Positions 56,025 through 64,000 of a stretch of 64,000 nucleotides of DNA are shown here, one piece after another. The position numbers and the translations under genes are program-made. The notes under the pieces were generated by a model. That model worked only from the letters and a program-made list of their open reading frames with translations, made no database searches and was not told the DNA's origin. Origin of the DNA: Archaeoglobi archaeon JdFR-42 (GTDB taxonomy: Archaea; Halobacteriota; Archaeoglobi; Archaeoglobales; JdFR-42); contig MTND01000027.1 in the NCBI GenBank assembly GCA_002010305.1, positions 50,514-114,513 on the forward strand, read 5' to 3'. Each line of letters begins with the position of its first letter. Positions within the stretch are counted from its first letter, which is position 1.

Positions 56025-57203
56025 ATGGGTAAGAAAGCAGAAGAATTACCCCAGTATAAACAATTCGCAGAATGGATAGAGAACAGGCATGACTATGCCA
56101 AAAAGTGGCAACAGAATAACGGTGGGAAAGTGGTTGGGTACCTATGTACATATGTCCCAGAGGAAATCCTTTACGCAGGAGGAGTGCTTCCGGTCAGGAT
56201 TCTAGGGTCCCATGAACCAGAGAGTATAACAAGGCCATACCTTCATGACATGTACTGCCCTTTCTGCCATGATTGTCTGGCTCAGGGTTTAGAGGGAAGG
56301 TTTGATTATCTTGATGGAATCATGCTTGCCCAGTCATGTCTACACTTAAGACAAGTGTTTTTCACTTGGGAAGAGCGTGTCCCTGTAGACTGGAGCTATT
56401 ACATGCATTTCCCTCATGGCGTAAATAACAATCATGCTGCTGAATATCTCAAAGGAGAGCTTGAGAAATTTAAAGTTGCTGTAGAGGAATGGACAGGCAC
56501 TACCATAACCAACAAAGAGCTGGATGATGCCATTGAAGTGTACAATAAGAATCGACAGCTTATGAAACAGGTATATGAATTTAGAAAACTTGAAAACCCG
56601 CCGATTACTGGCCTTCATGCTATGGAGATGGTTATCTCCTCACAAATGGTAGATAAAAAAGAGCATAACGAAGTTCTGGAATCTCTTCTGGAAGATTTAA
56701 AGGATGCAGAAGTGGATAGGGATACCGGAACCAGGCTTATGATCATAGGAAGTGAAGATGACGACAGGGAGTTCTTTAAGATGGTAGAATACGAACAGAA
56801 TTATTCTGCTACATTTGTGTTTGAAGAACACTGTACCGGAGCGAGGTATTTCTGGGATGAGGTAAGACCTGAAGAGGACAGGCTGATGGCTATTGCAAAA
56901 AGATATGTTAACAGAGTTCCATGTCCAGCTAAGGACTGGCCGACTTATGGATTCTATGGAAGAAGAAGATTCAATTGGATTGAAAAGTGGGTAAAAGAGT
57001 TTAACGTTGACGGAGCGATCATAATGCAGCAGAAATTCTGTGATCCCCACGAACTGGACATCCCTTCTTTGAGAGAATTGCTGGATAATTTGAACATACC
57101 CCATCTGTTCCTAGAATTTGACATAACAGTCCCTGTTGGACAGTTCAGGACTCGTGTTGAGGCTTTTCTTGAGTCTATTGGGGAGGATGATTTGTTCTTT
57201 TAG
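56025..57203 (+). CDS. Benzoyl-CoA reductase/2-hydroxyacyl-CoA dehydratase family subunit (BcrC/BzdN-like)
   Basis: GKVVGYLCTYVPEEILYAGGVLPVR N-terminal block of the HgdB/BcrC family. GAGGTG SD upstream. Confidence 0.7.
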   Translation: MGKKAEELPQYKQFAEWIENRHDYAKKWQQNNGGKVVGYLCTYVPEEILYAGGVLPVRILGSHEPESITRPYLHDMYCPFCHDCLAQGLEGRFDYLDGIMLAQSCLHLRQVFFTWEERVPVDWSYYMHFPHGVNNNHAAEYLKGELEKFKVAVEEWTGTTITNKELDDAIEVYNKNRQLMKQVYEFRKLENPPITGLHAMEMVISSQMVDKKEHNEVLESLLEDLKDAEVDRDTGTRLMIIGSEDDDREFFKMVEYEQNYSATFVFEEHCTGARYFWDEVRPEEDRLMAIAKRYVNRVPCPAKDWPTYGFYGRRRFNWIEKWVKEFNVDGAIIMQQKFCDPHELDIPSLRELLDNLNIPHLFLEFDITVPVGQFRTRVEAFLESIGEDDLFF

Positions 57204-58559
57204 GTGGTGAGAGGCATGGCAAAAGAGTTTAAAGTTGAACCATTAAAGGTATGGAATGATTTTAAGAAGTACAGAGAACAGTATTACCGAGATTATCTTG
57301 AAGCAAAGGACAATGGGGCAGTCAGGTGGGCAGGTTCAGCCTGGGCCTTTGATGCAGTTCCCGCTGGTCTTGGGGAAGACGTGTATCCACTGACAGGAGA
57401 GCCATATGGTGCAACGGTTGCGTTTTTCAAGGATTTCTCCAGAAGGGCTCTTGAGAAAGCAGAAAGAGCTGGTGTACCAAGAGATCTATGTGGATATCTC
57501 AGGAATTATTGGGGTTCAATAATGATGGACAAGTATGTTCTCACCGATGGTACCGAAGTTGAACCATTCCCGAAACCCGATTTCAATTACACCATTCACA
57601 TCTGCTGTACTCATGCAAAGTGGTATCATAGGGCTGGTGAGCTGGAAGGAGATGTACCCACTTATGCCGTAGATATCTCAGTAGGCCCTGGATATCTTCT
57701 TGACGACAGAAAAATTAACTATGTGGTTAGACAGCTCGAAGACTCCATCAAGTGGATGGAACAGATAACTGGCAGAGAATATGACGACGAGCTATTGATA
57801 AAAGCAGTGCTGGCAGAAGCAGATTCCATGTCTACATGGGCAAAAATATGTAAGCTTAACCAAAATATACCTGCTCCTCTTGAAGAGAAATCAATGTTTA
57901 CTCTCTATGCTCTACTCGTTCTTCATAGAGCCGATCCGAGGGTGGCAGAACTGTACAACAAACTGTATGAAGAGACCCAAGATAGAGTAAAGAGAGGTAT
58001 AGGCGCTATAAACAACGAACAGTTCAGATTCCTGACAGACAACCCTCCACCTTGGGCTTTCCTGAATGTTTATAGATATCTGGAAAAAGAATATGGAGCT
58101 GTCTCACTTGGGTCAGTATATACTTTTGGCTTGGAAGGTGCATGGCTTGGGATGGATGAAAAAGGAGAGACATGGAGATGGGAACCAGCTCCTACACCTG
58201 AAGAAGCTGGAGTCGAGATATCCAATCGAGAAGATGCACTGCGATGGACTGCTGAGTTCAATCTCAGGTACAGGCCGGGGTGGCAGCATCCGTACTCCCA
58301 TAAAATCAGAAAAATCGAGACCCTCCAGATGATAAAGGATTGGAAAGCAGATGCAATGATCATGCACCTCAACAGAGGGTGCGAGTTATGGGCTATGTCA
58401 GAACTCGAGGTGAGAGATTATTTGGTGAAACATAATATCCCTGTTGCTACTTACGAGGGCAACATGGCAGACCCAAGAGAATTCGATGAAGCAAGGACAT
58501 GGAACGTGATAGATTCCTTTATGGAGAGCCTTGGAATCAAGAAATTATCCAAGCAGTAA
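57204..58559 (+). CDS. Benzoyl-CoA reductase/2-hydroxyacyl-CoA dehydratase family subunit (BcrB/BzdO-like)
   Basis: 451 aa, abuts the previous gene. HICCTHAKWY and MHLNRGCE Cys contexts are typical of this family. Confidence 0.65.
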   Translation: MVRGMAKEFKVEPLKVWNDFKKYREQYYRDYLEAKDNGAVRWAGSAWAFDAVPAGLGEDVYPLTGEPYGATVAFFKDFSRRALEKAERAGVPRDLCGYLRNYWGSIMMDKYVLTDGTEVEPFPKPDFNYTIHICCTHAKWYHRAGELEGDVPTYAVDISVGPGYLLDDRKINYVVRQLEDSIKWMEQITGREYDDELLIKAVLAEADSMSTWAKICKLNQNIPAPLEEKSMFTLYALLVLHRADPRVAELYNKLYEETQDRVKRGIGAINNEQFRFLTDNPPPWAFLNVYRYLEKEYGAVSLGSVYTFGLEGAWLGMDEKGETWRWEPAPTPEEAGVEISNREDALRWTAEFNLRYRPGWQHPYSHKIRKIETLQMIKDWKADAMIMHLNRGCELWAMSELEVRDYLVKHNIPVATYEGNMADPREFDEARTWNVIDSFMESLGIKKLSKQ

Positions 58560-58565
58560 AAGGAG

Positions 58566-59345
58566 GTGATCAAATTGATTACAGCCGGTATTGATGTGGG
58601 CTCTAAATATACAAAGGCAGTGGTATTAAAAAATGGGGCAGAAATTGTTGGGTATGCTAACATAAGGACTGGAATGGATCACGAGAAATCAGCCAGAGAG
58701 GCCCTTGAAGAGGCCTTGAAAGCTGCAGGGATTAACAGAGACCAAGTAGACAAAATAATAGCAACCGGATTTGGAAAAACTTCAGTGCCTTTTGCTGATG
58801 ATGAGATATCTCAGGTAGTTGCAGCTGGTAAAGGTGGGTACTTTGCCAGACCGTCTACCCGAACTGTGATTGAAGTAGGTGCTGAAGAGTCCCGTGGAAT
58901 AAAGCTCGCAGAAGATGGTAAGATCAGGGATTTCGCTCTAGCAGATAAATGTGCTGCTGGCGCAGGCTCTTTCACAGATGCTATGGCACGGTATTTAGAG
59001 GTCCCCCTTGAAGAATTTGGGCAACTCTCTCTAAGATCCAAAGGGGCGGCTGCCATGAACGCTCAATGTGTTATTTTTGCTGAGTCAGAAGTGGTCTCTC
59101 TTGTACATCAGAACGTACCTAAAGAAGAGATCTCAAGAGCGATCCATGATGCAATAGCTGACAGAGTCGCTTCTATTGTCCGGAGAGTGGGTATAGAAGA
59201 TGATGTACTAGTAGTCGGAGGCCTTGCCAATGATCCAGGGTTCATCGACTCTCTGAAAAGAGAACTGAACACAGAGGTGTATCTGCCCGAAATTATTGCT
59301 CCTGAATACATTCCAGCTTTAGGAGCAGCTCTTATGGAGGAATAA
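58566..59345 (+). CDS. BcrAD/BadFG-type ATPase (electron-activating subunit 1)
   Basis: GIDVGSKYTKAVV, ADKCAAGAGSF and NAQCVIFAESEV (cluster-bridging Cys pair). Confidence 0.8.
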   Translation: MIKLITAGIDVGSKYTKAVVLKNGAEIVGYANIRTGMDHEKSAREALEEALKAAGINRDQVDKIIATGFGKTSVPFADDEISQVVAAGKGGYFARPSTRTVIEVGAEESRGIKLAEDGKIRDFALADKCAAGAGSFTDAMARYLEVPLEEFGQLSLRSKGAAAMNAQCVIFAESEVVSLVHQNVPKEEISRAIHDAIADRVASIVRRVGIEDDVLVVGGLANDPGFIDSLKRELNTEVYLPEIIAPEYIPALGAALMEE

Positions 59346-59352
59346 ACCTGAG

Positions 59353-60252
59353 GTGGTGAAAATGGCAGAAGCAATTCAGGAAGGAGAATACTGGAGATGG
59401 CCTGAAACAGTCTGGGTTGATGAAAGCAAGAACTGGAAGGAGGCTGAGGTAATCAGCTGTGGGATCGATCTTGGCTCTGTGAGTACACAGGCAGTGATAA
59501 TGCTAGATGGTGAGCTTTATGCTTATGCAAGCTTCAGAACTGGCTCCAGCAGTCTTGACAGCTCTGAGAGAGTTGTGAAAGCGGTTCTGGAAAAGATCGG
59601 AGATCTTAAACTTGAAGACATTCACTACATTGTCGGAACGGGATATGGACGAGTTAGTATTCCCTTTGCTCATAAAACTATCACAGAGATTGCATGTCAT
59701 GGTAGGGGTGCTAATTTTCTATATGGGCCAACTGTGAGAACTATATTGGACATGGGTGGTCAGGACTTGAAGGCCATCAAAGTTGATGAAAGGGGCAAAG
59801 TAGTCAATTTCCTCATGAACGACAAGTGTGCTGCGGGAACCGGAAGGGGTGTTGAAGTAATGGCAGATCTTCTTGCAATTCCCATTACAGAAGTGGGGCC
59901 TTTATCCCTCCAGGTCGAGGAAGAGCCAGAGCCAGTCAGTACAACTTGTGTGGTGTTTGCAAAATCCGAAGTGTTGGGTCTTATGAGGAAAGGCTGGCCC
60001 AAAGAAAGAATTCTGGCTGCATATTTCAGAGCTATGGCATCCCGTGTAGTTGAGCTACTGGAGAGAGTAGGAGTAGAAGAGGACTTTGCCATTACTGGGG
60101 GTATTGCAAAGAACATTGGAATGGTAAAAAGGATCGAGAATATGCTCGGTGTAAAAGCACTGAAACCGGACTTCGACACCCAGATTGCAGGAGCGGTAGG
60201 TGCTGCTCTGTTTGGCAGAGCCCTCTATCTTAAGGGGAAAAAGAAAAAATAA
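59353..60252 (+). CDS. BcrAD/BadFG-type ATPase (electron-activating subunit 2, with N-terminal extension)
   Basis: GIDLGSVSTQAVI, NDKCAAGTGRG and STTCVVFAKSEV. Clearly a distinct paralog of the preceding gene. Confidence 0.8.
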   Translation: MVKMAEAIQEGEYWRWPETVWVDESKNWKEAEVISCGIDLGSVSTQAVIMLDGELYAYASFRTGSSSLDSSERVVKAVLEKIGDLKLEDIHYIVGTGYGRVSIPFAHKTITEIACHGRGANFLYGPTVRTILDMGGQDLKAIKVDERGKVVNFLMNDKCAAGTGRGVEVMADLLAIPITEVGPLSLQVEEEPEPVSTTCVVFAKSEVLGLMRKGWPKERILAAYFRAMASRVVELLERVGVEEDFAITGGIAKNIGMVKRIENMLGVKALKPDFDTQIAGAVGAALFGRALYLKGKKKK

Positions 60253-60278
60253 ACCTTTACTTCTTTTTTTATTTCAGG

Positions 60279-61376
60279 GTGTGGGACATGGCAACCATTA
60301 CCATCAATGGAGATAAATATGAGGTGGAGGCAGGTTCGACCATCCTTGAGGCTGCTCTTGAAAATAAGGTGTATATTCCTAATCTTTGCTATCACCCCAA
60401 CGTTTCTTCGGCTGTAGGGATGAAACCTATTCATGAGATATTTAGAGGTAAAGAAAAATTTGAGAGTGGGAATGATGAGCCATATGAAGGGTGCGGCCTT
60501 TGTGTTGTTGAAGTAACTGGGGGAGAGATAGTTAAGGCATGCCACCAAAAAGTGGAGAACGGAATGGAGATCGTTACAGAGACAGATCAGTTAACCTCTT
60601 TAAGGCAGAAGGCCCTGATAAAAATATTCTCTCATCATCCTCATGTATGCATTACCTGTGAATACAGAGAAGGTTGTGATCGCATCCAGTGTACTTTTGG
60701 AAATCCGGTAGAAGAACGCTGTTGTGATTTATTTCCAAAGTGCGAATTGAGGTTCATTGCCGAATATGTGGGTTTGAGTTCAGATACTCCAAAGTATACA
60801 TTTGAAGATTTGCCGGTAGTGGAAGAGACTCTTTATAGATGGAACTTTAACTTGTGCGTTAACTGCACCAGATGTGTCAGAGGATGCAGAGAAGTACGAG
60901 AGGCAACTGCTCTTGGATTCATTATGCAAGATGATGCCCTTGTTGGAAGAACAGGTCCAACAGATAAAGAATCTGGCTGTAAATTTTGTGGGGTGTGTGT
61001 GGAGATCTGTCCTACTGGTGTGGTACGGGACATTAAAAAACCTCCCAGGAATAAATGGAGGGATTCCGTTCAGGATAAAATGCTTGCTCCCACAAAATCT
61101 CTCTTCGAACTGATAAAAGAAAACCTGGCCACTGTACCAGAGGCACCGGGTGTATATAGGCTATATGACGAAAATCAGGAACTCATTTATATTAAAGGAA
61201 CTCCTGATCTCAAACAGGATCTGATGGAGGAAGAAGAAATCAGAGAAGAGGCGAAATTCTTTGATTACGAAGAGTATGAAATGTACACGATGAGAGAGAG
61301 TGAACTTATCCAGGAATATTTACAGAGACATGGAAGGATGCCTCCTTTAAACGATGAGCTGGATGATCTATTTTAA
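60279..61376 (+). CDS. NuoG-like multi-cluster ferredoxin (2Fe-2S + His/Cys 4Fe-4S + 2x4Fe-4S) fused to a GIY-YIG-like C-terminal domain; likely ATG at 60288
   Basis: ITINGDKYEVEAGSTILEAA...CGLCVVEV, HHPHVCITCEYREGC, CVNCTRCVRGC, CKFCGVCVEICP. The C-terminus has PGVYRLYDENQELIYIKGTPDLK...RESELIQEYLQRHGRMPPLN. Confidence 0.75.
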   Translation: MWDMATITINGDKYEVEAGSTILEAALENKVYIPNLCYHPNVSSAVGMKPIHEIFRGKEKFESGNDEPYEGCGLCVVEVTGGEIVKACHQKVENGMEIVTETDQLTSLRQKALIKIFSHHPHVCITCEYREGCDRIQCTFGNPVEERCCDLFPKCELRFIAEYVGLSSDTPKYTFEDLPVVEETLYRWNFNLCVNCTRCVRGCREVREATALGFIMQDDALVGRTGPTDKESGCKFCGVCVEICPTGVVRDIKKPPRNKWRDSVQDKMLAPTKSLFELIKENLATVPEAPGVYRLYDENQELIYIKGTPDLKQDLMEEEEIREEAKFFDYEEYEMYTMRESELIQEYLQRHGRMPPLNDELDDLF

Positions 61377-61381
61377 TTCTA

Positions 61382-61386
61382 TTTTT
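61382..61386 (+). terminator. T5 tract after the ferredoxin fusion gene
   Basis: ATTTTTCTTCC lies 5 nt after the stop. Confidence 0.25.
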
Positions 61387-61520
61387 CTTCCATAATTCTT
61401 GAAGACCCTTTCAGTTAATAAGTCTAGATCATCTATCATTTTTTATTCACCTCTATCGTAACTTTTAAGTACACCATTATATAGTGGTGGTTTGTGAAAC
61501 CATTACTAAGTGGTGGTACA

Positions 61521-62537
61521 ATGAAGATTCAAAAATCAGTTAACTTGAGTTTGATCCCAGGATTGGTCCTTTCAGTAATCTTGGCAATTGTAGGAGTCAT
61601 GGCGTCAGAATTTCTGAAGTCATACATCACCCTTTCTGCCCTGATTCTTGCCATACTATTTGGTATGCTCCTCCGTAATACTGTAGGTGTACCGGAAAAC
61701 GCTGGTCCAGGAGTAAGTTTCTCTTTACAGAGGATTCTCAGAATTGCCATCATCTTCCTTGGATTCAGATTGAGTGTCACAGAGGTATTTGGAATTGGTA
61801 TAAAAGGTCTCACAACTGTTGTAATCGTAATATCAGCTACTCTGATATTTACTACTTGGATAGGAAAACGGTTTGAACTACCGGAAACCTTAGCCATATT
61901 GATTGGCTCTGGAACAGGTATTTGTGGTGCCTCGGCAGCTATAGCTATAGGCGGGGTTATCAATGCAAGAGATAGAGATATCGCCTTTGCTGTTGCTATT
62001 GTCACTATTTTTGGTACGGTTGCCATGTTTTTATATCCAATCCTTGAAACATTTCTGCAACTCCCTGAGGTAGCATATGGTGTTTGGACAGGTTCAAGTA
62101 TCCATGAAGTTGCACAAGTTGTGGCTGCTAGTTTTGCGATAAGTACCACAAGTGGTGCTATTGCTACTGTCGTCAAGCTTTCGAGAGTATTATTTCTTGC
62201 CCCAGTAGCGGTTATTCTGGGAGTTTTATCGACCAAAAAACAAATGCAAGAAAGGGTTACCATTAAAAGCATTCCAGTTCCATATTTTGTTTTTGGGTTT
62301 ATCATAATGGTTTTGATAAATTCTGCCGGTATTATTCCTTCATACCTCTATGAAATGATCCTCAAAGGTGATAATTTTCTCTTGACGATGGCCATGGCAG
62401 CTATGGGGATGAATACAGGTATTCATGAAATTAAGGAAGTGGGTTTAAAACCCTTTTATGCTGGATTTGTATCGTGGATATTCATAGCCATTCTATCGTA
62501 TGTCCTCACAATAATCGTATTTGGTATATGGAATTAA
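61521..62537 (+). CDS. YeiH/UPF0324 family membrane protein (putative sulfate-exporter family)
   Basis: Polytopic. GSGTGICGASAAIA and WTGSSIHEVAQVVAA blocks are typical of YeiH. Confidence 0.7.
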   Translation: MKIQKSVNLSLIPGLVLSVILAIVGVMASEFLKSYITLSALILAILFGMLLRNTVGVPENAGPGVSFSLQRILRIAIIFLGFRLSVTEVFGIGIKGLTTVVIVISATLIFTTWIGKRFELPETLAILIGSGTGICGASAAIAIGGVINARDRDIAFAVAIVTIFGTVAMFLYPILETFLQLPEVAYGVWTGSSIHEVAQVVAASFAISTTSGAIATVVKLSRVLFLAPVAVILGVLSTKKQMQERVTIKSIPVPYFVFGFIIMVLINSAGIIPSYLYEMILKGDNFLLTMAMAAMGMNTGIHEIKEVGLKPFYAGFVSWIFIAILSYVLTIIVFGIWN

Positions 62538-62538
62538 A

Positions 62539-63345
62539 ATGAAGACGAAAGATTTAATAAGGCAATTAGAAATGTTGAAAAGGATGGACATTGAATTTGA
62601 CGAAGATTTCATTGCTGCTCTCAGAATTTATGGACTTACTGCCTATGAAGCAAAAGCTTATTATGTCCTGCTTACGATGGAAGAAGCTACCGCTGGAGCT
62701 GTAGCCAGAAGATCTGGAGTTCCACAGCAGCGTATTTATGATACACTCTCATCCCTTGAAAGAAAAGGCTTTATACAGTCCAGAAATACAACTCCGAAGC
62801 TATATTCTCCACTTGGAGTTAAACGTGCTTTGAATAGTAGAATTCGCCAGTTAAGAGCCGAATTCGAGGCACGGGAACAGGAACTCCTGGAGATGATACC
62901 TATTCTGGTCGAGAAAGCCCCCTTTCCTTCAGGAGATAGGAGTTCCAAGTCACATGTATGGATTTTAGAAAGTGAAAATTCAATTGTGGGGCGTATAATA
63001 GAAATGATTTCCTCTGCTCAACATGAAGTACGACTCGCAGGAGACCGACCCCTTTTCACTCTGAATTGCAAAGGTGTATTTCAGCGCTATTTGAATAAAG
63101 GGGTAACGTTGTATGCCCTTGGGACTTTTGAACGAGTGTGCAGAAAAGAGATCGAATCTGTAGGTGGAAAAATCAAAGAAGCTAAAGTTGATTACCATTA
63201 TATTCTCATTATAGATAATCTGAAATTGTTATTGGTATATTTTGATGAGGATGGAGTCCCTTCTGCCCTTTACACTGAAAACGAAGATATTGTAAATCCG
63301 CATTTACATTACTTTGAGATCCTGTGGAATAAAGGAAAGAGCTGA
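62539..63345 (+). CDS. TrmB family transcriptional regulator
   Basis: LRIYGLTAYEAKAYYVLL...GVPQQRIYDTLSSLERKGF wHTH plus C-terminal domain. The ATG lies 1 nt after the YeiH stop. Confidence 0.8.
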   Translation: MKTKDLIRQLEMLKRMDIEFDEDFIAALRIYGLTAYEAKAYYVLLTMEEATAGAVARRSGVPQQRIYDTLSSLERKGFIQSRNTTPKLYSPLGVKRALNSRIRQLRAEFEAREQELLEMIPILVEKAPFPSGDRSSKSHVWILESENSIVGRIIEMISSAQHEVRLAGDRPLFTLNCKGVFQRYLNKGVTLYALGTFERVCRKEIESVGGKIKEAKVDYHYILIIDNLKLLLVYFDEDGVPSALYTENEDIVNPHLHYFEILWNKGKS

Positions 63346-63453
63346 ATAAGCTATTTTAAAGAGGCTTCATGGGAGAAGAGGCTGGAGTTCATACAAAGGT
63401 ATATATATCAGTAAATTAGACCTTTTGTAATTAAGTAAGTTGGAGGTGTAAAT

Positions 63454-63648
63454 TTGAGATTTGAAGTCCCAGTGGAAGTAGGCAACACTTATACAGTGAA
63501 AATCGAAGACATAGGCAAAGAAGGCGATGGAATTGCCAGGGTTGACGGATTTGTTGTTTTTGTATCTAACGTTCAGAAAGATCAGGAAGTCAAAGTCATC
63601 ATTACTAAAGTGCTTAAAAGGTTTGCTTTTGCAGAAGTTGCTGAGTAA
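63454..63648 (+). CDS. TRAM-domain small RNA-binding protein
   Basis: VEVGNTYTVKIEDIGKEGDGIARVDGFVVFV. TTG start is preceded by GGAGGTG at 6 nt. Confidence 0.75.
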   Translation: MRFEVPVEVGNTYTVKIEDIGKEGDGIARVDGFVVFVSNVQKDQEVKVIITKVLKRFAFAEVAE

Positions 63649-63734
63649 CAGTTTTACTGTTTTCAGGCAATCAAAATTATAAATCTATTTTCTTTTTTCA
63701 GTTAACTTTTTTAATTATCTCTCTCAAAAGGCGT

Positions 63735-64000
63735 ATGATTTACATGAGTATCTTTGACTGGCTCAGAAAAAAAAGAGTAGTATCCTTGTCCATAGATGAG
63801 CTGAAACAGCTTATTGAAAACGAATTAGAGGAACTGGAGAAAGCAATCAGGAAAAGTCATTATATAAAGCTTGAAGAGCTTGAAGCAAACAGAAGAAAAC
63901 TCATGACCATGCTGAAAAATTTCAAGAAGGCAGAACCTGAAGAACAAATGCGTCAGAGTATAATAAGAAAACTCTTAATTGCACGGGATAAATTTGCATC
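63735..64000 (+). CDS. Hypothetical coiled-coil protein, N-terminal fragment (runs off window)
   Basis: Hand translation MIYMSIFDWLRKKRVVSLSIDELKQLIENELEELEKAIRK... stays open to the window end. No family recognised. Confidence 0.3.
   Translation, partial: MIYMSIFDWLRKKRVVSLSIDELKQLIENELEELEKAIRKSHYIKLEELEANRRKLMTMLKNFKKAEPEEQMRQSIIRKLLIARDKFA

Noticed and set aside
56025-60252. Interpretation as a 2-hydroxyacyl-CoA dehydratase plus its activator
   Set aside because: Two clearly different BcrAD/BadFG ATPase paralogs are encoded in tandem with two HgdB-like subunits. That is the benzoyl-CoA-reductase-type heterotetramer layout rather than a dehydratase plus homodimeric activator. It is still not excluded without phylogeny.
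61101-61376. GIY-YIG segment as a homing endonuclease or mobile element insertion
   Set aside because: It is in frame with the ferredoxin module and lacks the catalytic Arg. It has no separate start or flanking repeats, and no intron- or intein-like context.
61529-62305. 258-aa minus-strand ORF antisense to the YeiH gene
   Set aside because: It is a shadow ORF. The plus-strand frame shows the conserved YeiH membrane-protein blocks and fits operon spacing.
1-64000. CRISPR arrays, transposases, integrases, prophage or genomic-island signatures
   Set aside because: None were recognised by eye. Gene content is housekeeping throughout, and base composition looks uniform.

Overview
AT-rich archaeal chromosomal segment, Euryarchaeota-like by gene content: aIF2-beta, MCM, RpoK/RpoN, L18e/L40e, CetZ-type tubulin, a PGF-CTERM protein and split GMP synthase. 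It is densely packed with about 75 protein genes, most of them housekeeping. These include the conserved cluster rpl18e-rpl13-rps9-rpoN-tRNAPro-rpoK-eno-rps2 followed by Memo-like, mvk, IPK, idi2, GGPS and gltX. There is also a livJHMGF transporter, a class II HMG-CoA reductase, ilvE/ACT/hom, hisF, prs, srp54 and others. I saw no CRISPR array, transposase, integrase or rRNA. One tRNA-Pro(CGG) is hidden inside a track ORF, and one ribosomal gene (L40e) is too short for the ORF track. Four things seem most worth a second look. (1) A family of composite palindromic intergenic elements, P1 = TTGTAAAGC-TAT-GCTTTACAA and P2 = TTGTCA-N8-TGACAA, sits in four consecutive intergenic regions at 19.7-23.4 kb. 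The arrangement alternates and is mirror-symmetric, so three successive genes are each bracketed. A related subfamily lies upstream of osmC (tandem pair), with a 31/31-nt identical inverted copy 32 kb away in front of ilvE. (2) A canonical CetZ-like tubulin gene is tightly coupled to a signal-peptide/C-terminal-TM coiled-coil envelope protein. Next to it is a tubulin paralog whose GGGTGSG nucleotide-binding loop has been replaced. (3) A five-gene operon encodes a Bcr/Bzd-type ATP-dependent reductase-like enzyme (two HgdB/BcrBC-family subunits plus two distinct BcrAD/BadFG ATPases). (4) The operon's last gene fuses a NuoG-like multi-cluster ferredoxin to a UvrC-like GIY-YIG domain that lacks the catalytic Arg. 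All functional calls come from motif recognition by eye; no database search was possible.
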